Assembly (NCBI GenBank): GCA_964016885.1
Contig: OZ024740.1
Coordinates: forward strand, 246,388,001-246,452,000
Direction of reading: 5' to 3'
From: Eledone cirrhosa
Lineage: Eukaryota
DNA length: 64,000 bases
Below the pieces are notes generated by a model. That model was not told where the DNA came from. It searched no databases and was given only the letters and a program-made list of their open reading frames with translations. The translations under genes and the position numbers were made by a program. This document shows positions 55,579 through 64,000 of this stretch, in pieces; position 1 is the stretch's first letter, and every line of letters starts with the position of its first letter.

Positions 55579-56144
55579 TAAATTGATGAGCAGAACAAAC
55601 AAACATTAAATAATCCTTTAAATAAATTAAAAAATGATTTAAATATCTACCTGTTCATAATGCTATTACCGGCGGTTTCCATTTACAAAAGATTAGAAAT
55701 TCAGAGAATTTCCAACAGAAAGTAAACTTCATCAGATAGCTATTTCCTTTCTATAGGACTTACGCCCCACGGTCTGCAAATATAATGCCAACTACCAGCT
55801 CGTATGAGTTATGGCCGTTAAAGTGACCCACACGTGAACCGGCCGCTAGTGAAAGCGGGAATATTACAGACTTGTTGATGGCTTTGCTGCTAAAAAAATA
55901 GCAGTAAGCAACAACGAATTTTTTCTCTAAATAGATTGGAGAATATATAAAAATGAGGTAAATATCTCACTGAGTACTAAGTACCCATAGAGATATATAG
56001 GGTGTCTATAATATAATTGTTGTTCTATGGTACTAATTCGAGATACCAGAACTATAAAAATTGATGAGCAGAACAAACAAACATTAAATAATCCTTTAAA
56101 TAAATTAAAAAATGATTTAAATATCTACCTGTTCATAATGCTAT
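55579..56144 (-). mobile_element. Non-coding 478-bp monomer plus ~85-bp terminal direct repeat with a hammerhead (retrozyme-like family 2, second member)
   Basis: 55579-55666 is repeated at 56057-56144; shares CCGTTAAAGTGAC and CTAATTCGAGATACCAGAAC with 11324-11859. Confidence 0.82.
55662..55740 (-). ncRNA. Type I hammerhead ribozyme with extended stem II
   Basis: GCTAT CTGATGA AGTTTAC..TTGGAAATTC-TCT-GAATTTCTAA..GTAAATG GAAA CCGCCGG TA ATAGC. Confidence 0.85.
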
Positions 56145-56532
56145 ATATATATTTATATATATATATAATTATGTAATAAACCACATAAGATATTTTTTTC
56201 ATTTACCAGTGGTTTCTTGAAAGCAAACAAAATTTGCTTTCAGTCATCAGAATGAAAAAATCGTGGTGTATTTATTGACAGTGGATTTTAAAAACAAAAA
56301 TATAATCTATATGAAAGTGAGGCTGGAAAAGGAAGAAGGAAAGGAAAAAGAATAAGTATAAAAGTAGATAAACACACATGCACACACACATATACATACA
56401 CACATATATACATATATACATACACACATATATACACATACACATATATATATATATACATATACATACATACACATATATATACATATCCATACACACA
56501 GATACACACAAATACACAAACACACACACATG

Positions 56533-56599
<67 letters not shown>

Positions 56600-56607
<8 letters not shown>

Positions 56608-58000
56608 GAAAAGTATAGAAATTATTGTGAGCAAGAAGCCAACAGTATTTCATAATCTATATATATAAAACTGAGGTTGTCTGTCTGTCTACTAAAACCT
56701 TCGGCACACATCTCTTAAACCGTACGTTGAAATTTCGGTGAAATTGCTACACTTATAGATGAAGGTCCGGCGGAACCATCGGTCAAATAAATTTTCAAAT
56801 AAGTTCTTGTTTTTGATTATGTCATCTATATATATAAAGCTGTGGTTGTCTGTCTGTCTATCGATTTTTGGCACACATCTCCTCTTAGAATCTCTGACGG
56901 AATTGCACCGAAATTGCTATACTTGTACATTGAGCCCTAGCGAAGACATCGGAAAAAAATATTTCAAATTGACCCACCCTATGTGACGAAATCGAATCTA
57001 ATGAATCGATTTTTGAGCGTAAGTGACGAGTTATTTCCCTTTGTTCTGTTTACATTGAGCGTCTTACGTTCTGTTTACATTTTCTGCGTGCAAAAATTAA
57101 AAAAATTACGCTGGCTTTCTCAGCGTTTAAAATGACATTAACACAATACACGAACAGTTGTCGAGCCAGCAAAATTTTGACCTGCAAAATTCATCAGTTC
57201 GAACACTAAGCTTCCGTTTTGCTTCATTTCCATTTAAAAGCCTTTTAAAACAATATTTTTACTTGAAAACAAGTCTATTTAAAGACTACGTAAAACAAGC
57301 AAATATTTCGTAAAAAAAAGCAAAAATTATATAAGTTTATTTAAAATATATGTATCTGTAAATTTCGTTAGGCGTGCCGACAGACAGTCGTGCAGACAGA
57401 CTTTAAGCCAAAAAAGAAACTTAACATTGTAACTTTAACACAGCTACTGAGCGACCCCGAGCAACGCCGGGCTTTACTGCTAGTATATAATATATAAGTG
57501 ACTATAGCGTCAAAATGGAAAAATAGTTAACGTAAGATGTGAGAAAATAATTCAAACTCAATTAAAAAAAAACCAGGACATAGATTCATCCACAGAATTT
57601 AGTGAAATCCAGGGAAAAATCAATAGAGCCTTAACTCAGAATAAAATAAAGTTTAAAATACTCATCCTTCAATTTGGAAAAACTACAAATGCTCTGTATA
57701 GTCTTAAAAAAGACTATTTCACAAAACTTTCAGTGGGGATGGTCACGGTTGGAATCGATCATCAGCAGAGCTCAAGGACACGATAACCAAAGTCCCACTG
57801 TTTATAATATGCCAAAAAGGGAATTTAATAGCAGGTAAGTTCAACATCAAGCGTAATTATGAAAATAAACACACATGTTTTGAATTATTTTCCCACATCT
57901 TACGTTAACTATCTTTCCATTTTGATGCTATAGTCACTTATATATTATGAAATACTGTTAGCTTCTTGCTCACAATAATTTTTATACTTTTCATTTATAT
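56600..58000. repeat. Foldback element with ~120-bp inverted arms, left arm split by a Helitron
   Basis: 56600-56655 plus 57490-57557 is the reverse complement of 57878-58000. Confidence 0.75.
56656..57483 (+). mobile_element. Non-autonomous Helitron with duplicated 5' end
   Basis: 5' TCTATATATATAAAACTG..(GTCT)n, repeated at ~56825; 3' hairpin CCCGAGCAACGCCGGG then CTAG; inserted between A and T. Confidence 0.8.
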
Positions 58001-58691
58001 TTATACTCGGATTTCTTTCCTAGAGTGCTTAAAATTATTTGTGACTAATCCCGGTCTTTTACAAAAAAAAAAACGCGATATTATTGCTTTTTTGCTGAAC
58101 TCCTTATATTATAGAGTTTTTTTTCGGAATGTTTTTGACTGTTGTTTCATGTAAACAGACATACACACACATAATCATACATATATACACACGTACATAC
58201 ACACACATACATACACACATATATACACGCATACATACGCACACACAAATATAAATATATTTACACACACAATTATAATAATAAAAAATAAAAATAAAAA
58301 ACAATGGACGCAATAGGGCGTCACATAAAAATAAAATAAAAAATATACGACTAAAGAAAATAAAACTAAAAATTATTATAAAGTTGACAGCGATACAGGA
58401 AAGGACACAACTAAATGAACAAACACACGTGGTAAGCAAAACACACATACATACATATAAATATATACATACACACACACACACATACATATACATATAT
58501 ATATACATACATATATATATACACATATATACATATATATACATACATATATACACACACATACATATATATATATAGAGAGAGAGAAAATTGAGGTTGG
58601 TAATGGCACATGGAATATATAAGAGACAGAATACTTTTTTGTTTAAAAACATATAATTTTATAAGGTAAGGAAAGAATAAAGGGTATAAAA

Positions 58692-58735
58692 AATGACCGG
58701 TTTCGATGGGTCTGCAAAAGCCATCTTTTCAAATG
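58692..58735 (-). ncRNA. Minimal hammerhead motif, U3-A8 variant
   Basis: AT TTGAAAA GATGG..CCATC GAAA CCGG TC AT. Confidence 0.55.
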
Positions 58736-59082
58736 TTGATTAATATTAAGAAAAATTAATAATAAGAAGAGCTAAAATTTGAGATTTGAAAATTCAAGTA
58801 TAAAATTCAGTGTGGGATTTCATAGTAGTTTTCATCTTGGTAGCAGCAAGCTGACTACTGTGTGTACCCTTCTGGCAGTGAATAAGGAATTATTTGTGGG
58901 CAGTGGTTCTTTTCAAGGTCAGATTTAGCAATGGCCAGCTGCTGGTCCGTGAGGGGGTGGAAGCAATATACATACATCTCCATATGTGGTCGGTAGGAGG
59001 GGGAGAGTGATAGAAAGGGATTTAGTGCACTTACACCCATATATACACATACCCTCATTCACACACACATATACATATACAT

Positions 59083-59125
<43 letters not shown>

Positions 59126-59307
59126 TACACACACACATACATATACATACACACATACACACACACACACACACATATACACATACACACACATATATAT
59201 ACACACACACACATATATATACACATACACATACATCCAGATACACACATACATACACACACACACACATAATACACATATATATATATATGTACATACA
59301 CATATAC

Positions 59308-59338
<31 letters not shown>

Positions 59339-59941
59339 TATACATACACACACACACACATATATATACATACACACATACAAACACACACACACATATA
59401 TACACATACACACACATATATATACACCCACACACACACATATATATACATACACATACATCCAGATACACACATACATACACACACATACATACACATA
59501 CATACATCCACATGCACACACATACACACACATAGACACACACACACATACACATACATACACCCACACACATAGAGAAATGGCCTCCAAATATATATAT
59601 ATACATACATACACATATTTTTTCCATAATATAAGAAGTTAGAACAGTGAAATTAAAATACAAGTCATTCTGATCACATTGAGTTCTTCATGTAGATTGG
59701 GCCCCGCAACCGACAGTGGTGAATTCTGTGTCCGCATATATATATAGATATATGTGTGTGCACGTGCAGGGTTTAACATGGATGTGTTGGTCACACAAAG
59801 GCATGGTCTGTCAAAGAATAAACCTGATTCTACAGAATTGGTCTCTGGTCTTTAATAGTAGTGATAATTATATACATGCACACATACACACACATATATC
59901 TGTCACTCCGTGCGTATGTGTGTTTATATTTTATGACCATT

Positions 59942-60815
59942 CTATTGGGGTGATAACCCGTTTAGTTTTGGTTTAAATTTGTTAAGGAATAGATTTTCTT
60001 TGTTTATTCTTTGTTGCTGTGTGAACGAATCTGAGCACTTGTAGAAGGGGAAGATTTTAAAGTTGAGTAGTGTCATTCCTGCGCAGTTCGCAATATGGCT
60101 GCTCAAGGGGATTTTTCTTGTGTTAGCGTCCCAGATTTGTTGGCGGTGGATGGTCATTCTTTTGCGTAATGAGGTGCCCGTCTGTCCTATGTAGTTGTGT
60201 TTGCACCCACCGCAAGTTATTGCGTAAATCAAGTTCTCCGAGTTGCAGGTGAAATTGTTTTTTACTGTAAATGTTTGGCCATCTTTAAATGTAAATGTTT
60301 GTCCTTCAGTGAGGTAGAGGCACGTTCCACAGTTTGTTCTACCACATTTGGTAACTGTAGGGTTGAGGATTGGTTTGGGTATATTTGGTCCAGTGAGAAT
60401 GCGTTTTAGTGATTTGGGTTGTCTTTTACTTTTAAGGATCTTGTGTGTTTCAAGAATAGACTTCATTTTTACATCTTTAAGTAAGATAGGAAGGTTTTTG
60501 TGTAGGTGATCAAACATTTCGGTATTTCTGGGGTTGAAAGTGGATACATATGGCAGGGTGTTGAGTGTGGTTTTCTGTTTTGGATGGGGATTTAGGTGTT
60601 TTGCCCTGTCTATTCCATTGTTGATTATTTCAAGTGGAAAGGCTCTTTTAGTTCCTTTAGTCTTTGCTCTCGTTTAAGTGGATCTGATACTATGGTACAT
60701 ATACGTTTGGCCAAATTGTAAGGAATGTTAAGTTTTGTATGTTTTGGGTGACTTGATGTGAAAAAGAGGTATTGCTTGGAATACTCATTCTTTGATGTAT
60801 TCAATGAACCTTGTT
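59942..60815 (-). mobile_element. Penelope-like element 3' part with GIY-YIG endonuclease
   Basis: QYLFFTSSHPKHTKLNIPYNLAKR; KCGRTNCGTC..FTCNSENLIYAITCGGCKHNYIGQTG..LRKRMTIH..FKPKLN. Confidence 0.9.
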
Positions 60816-60824
60816 TAACTCTAA

Positions 60825-60919
<95 letters not shown>

Positions 60920-61651
60920 ATAAATTATCGAGATTCGCATTTCGGCCCACGAAATAACGAAAAACAACCTCCGAGATGTGAGGCAAGTGCTCAATGATTC
61001 AGATGAACCAGAGCTATAAGAAACGTTAAAGGCCAAACACAATGAGACGATGGTTAAACAATCATTCGCATAGCCAAAAAAACGATCAAGTAATTCGGGT
61101 ATTGAAAATTTACCCGGACCCCTGGAAGGTTGGTAAAATCCAGTATTTGGGTTTCTGCGGCTCCTAAATCAAGTACCGTCCGCTTACATAAATAATGTCA
61201 GGCTTCTGGTAAGATGATTGAACAAGGAAGCCACTTTCTCAACAGGTTTTAGTTCAATATTAATACAAGGACTGACTATTGCTGACTCCACGTGGGGATC
61301 GGCAAGGGAGGCAGCCCCTATATCAGGCGAATAAATTCAGTTGTGTATATTTTTTCAAGAATGCAAAAACAGCACAAATAAAATAGAGTTCTCAACAGAA
61401 GGGTTAAAATTAACATAAGCTATTCATCAGTCAATAGAATCAACTAATATATATATATATATAAAAGAAAATACTATATATATAAAAATAAAAAGGTGGA
61501 AGGGGTAAACAAATAGTTGGGAATACGAGAAATAATAAATAAATAAATAAATAGATAAAGGTATAAATGTTTATAGCTGATTTAGAGCACTCAACAATTC
61601 CTGGAGCAAATAATCAATGAAAATAAATATTAAATCACTCTGTATGTAATT

Positions 61652-64000
<2,349 letters not shown>

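Noticed and set aside
57725-57775. CTGATGA...GAAA on the minus strand
   Set aside because: Stems II and III do not pair; the intervening TTCCAACCGTGACCATCC resembles a common SINE-associated tail.
60920-61440. Unique-looking island between TA tracts, examined for ribozyme or coding content
   Set aside because: No convincing hammerhead core, terminal repeat or ORF could be read by eye.

Overview
Repeat-saturated, AT-rich eukaryotic genomic DNA with no host protein-coding gene that I can support. The repeat spectrum (Nin-domain and CORE tRNA-SINEs, RTE LINEs with (GAT)n/(GAA)n tails, huge TA/TG microsatellites) suggests a cephalopod such as Octopus, which is an inference. The window holds a CR1-clade LINE, several RTE LINEs (one near full length with a ~139-bp flanking duplication), ORF1-bearing Tx1/L1-like elements clustered in an (ATCT)n tract, a decayed CRE-clade element, a DD37D (maT) transposon, a hAT MITE, three non-autonomous Helitrons, at least six Penelope-like fragments, two minisatellites and a 200-N gap. 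The main signal is about 17 type I hammerhead-ribozyme motifs read by eye. Some lie in Penelope ends. Others lie in two non-coding ~460-480-bp repeat families with retrozyme architecture: a 469-bp tandem-plus-inverted array at 6.3-7.5 kb, and a dispersed family at 11.3 kb and 55.6 kb that shows helix covariation and an end coinciding with the predicted self-cleavage site. Most ORFs in the supplied track are microsatellite artefacts.
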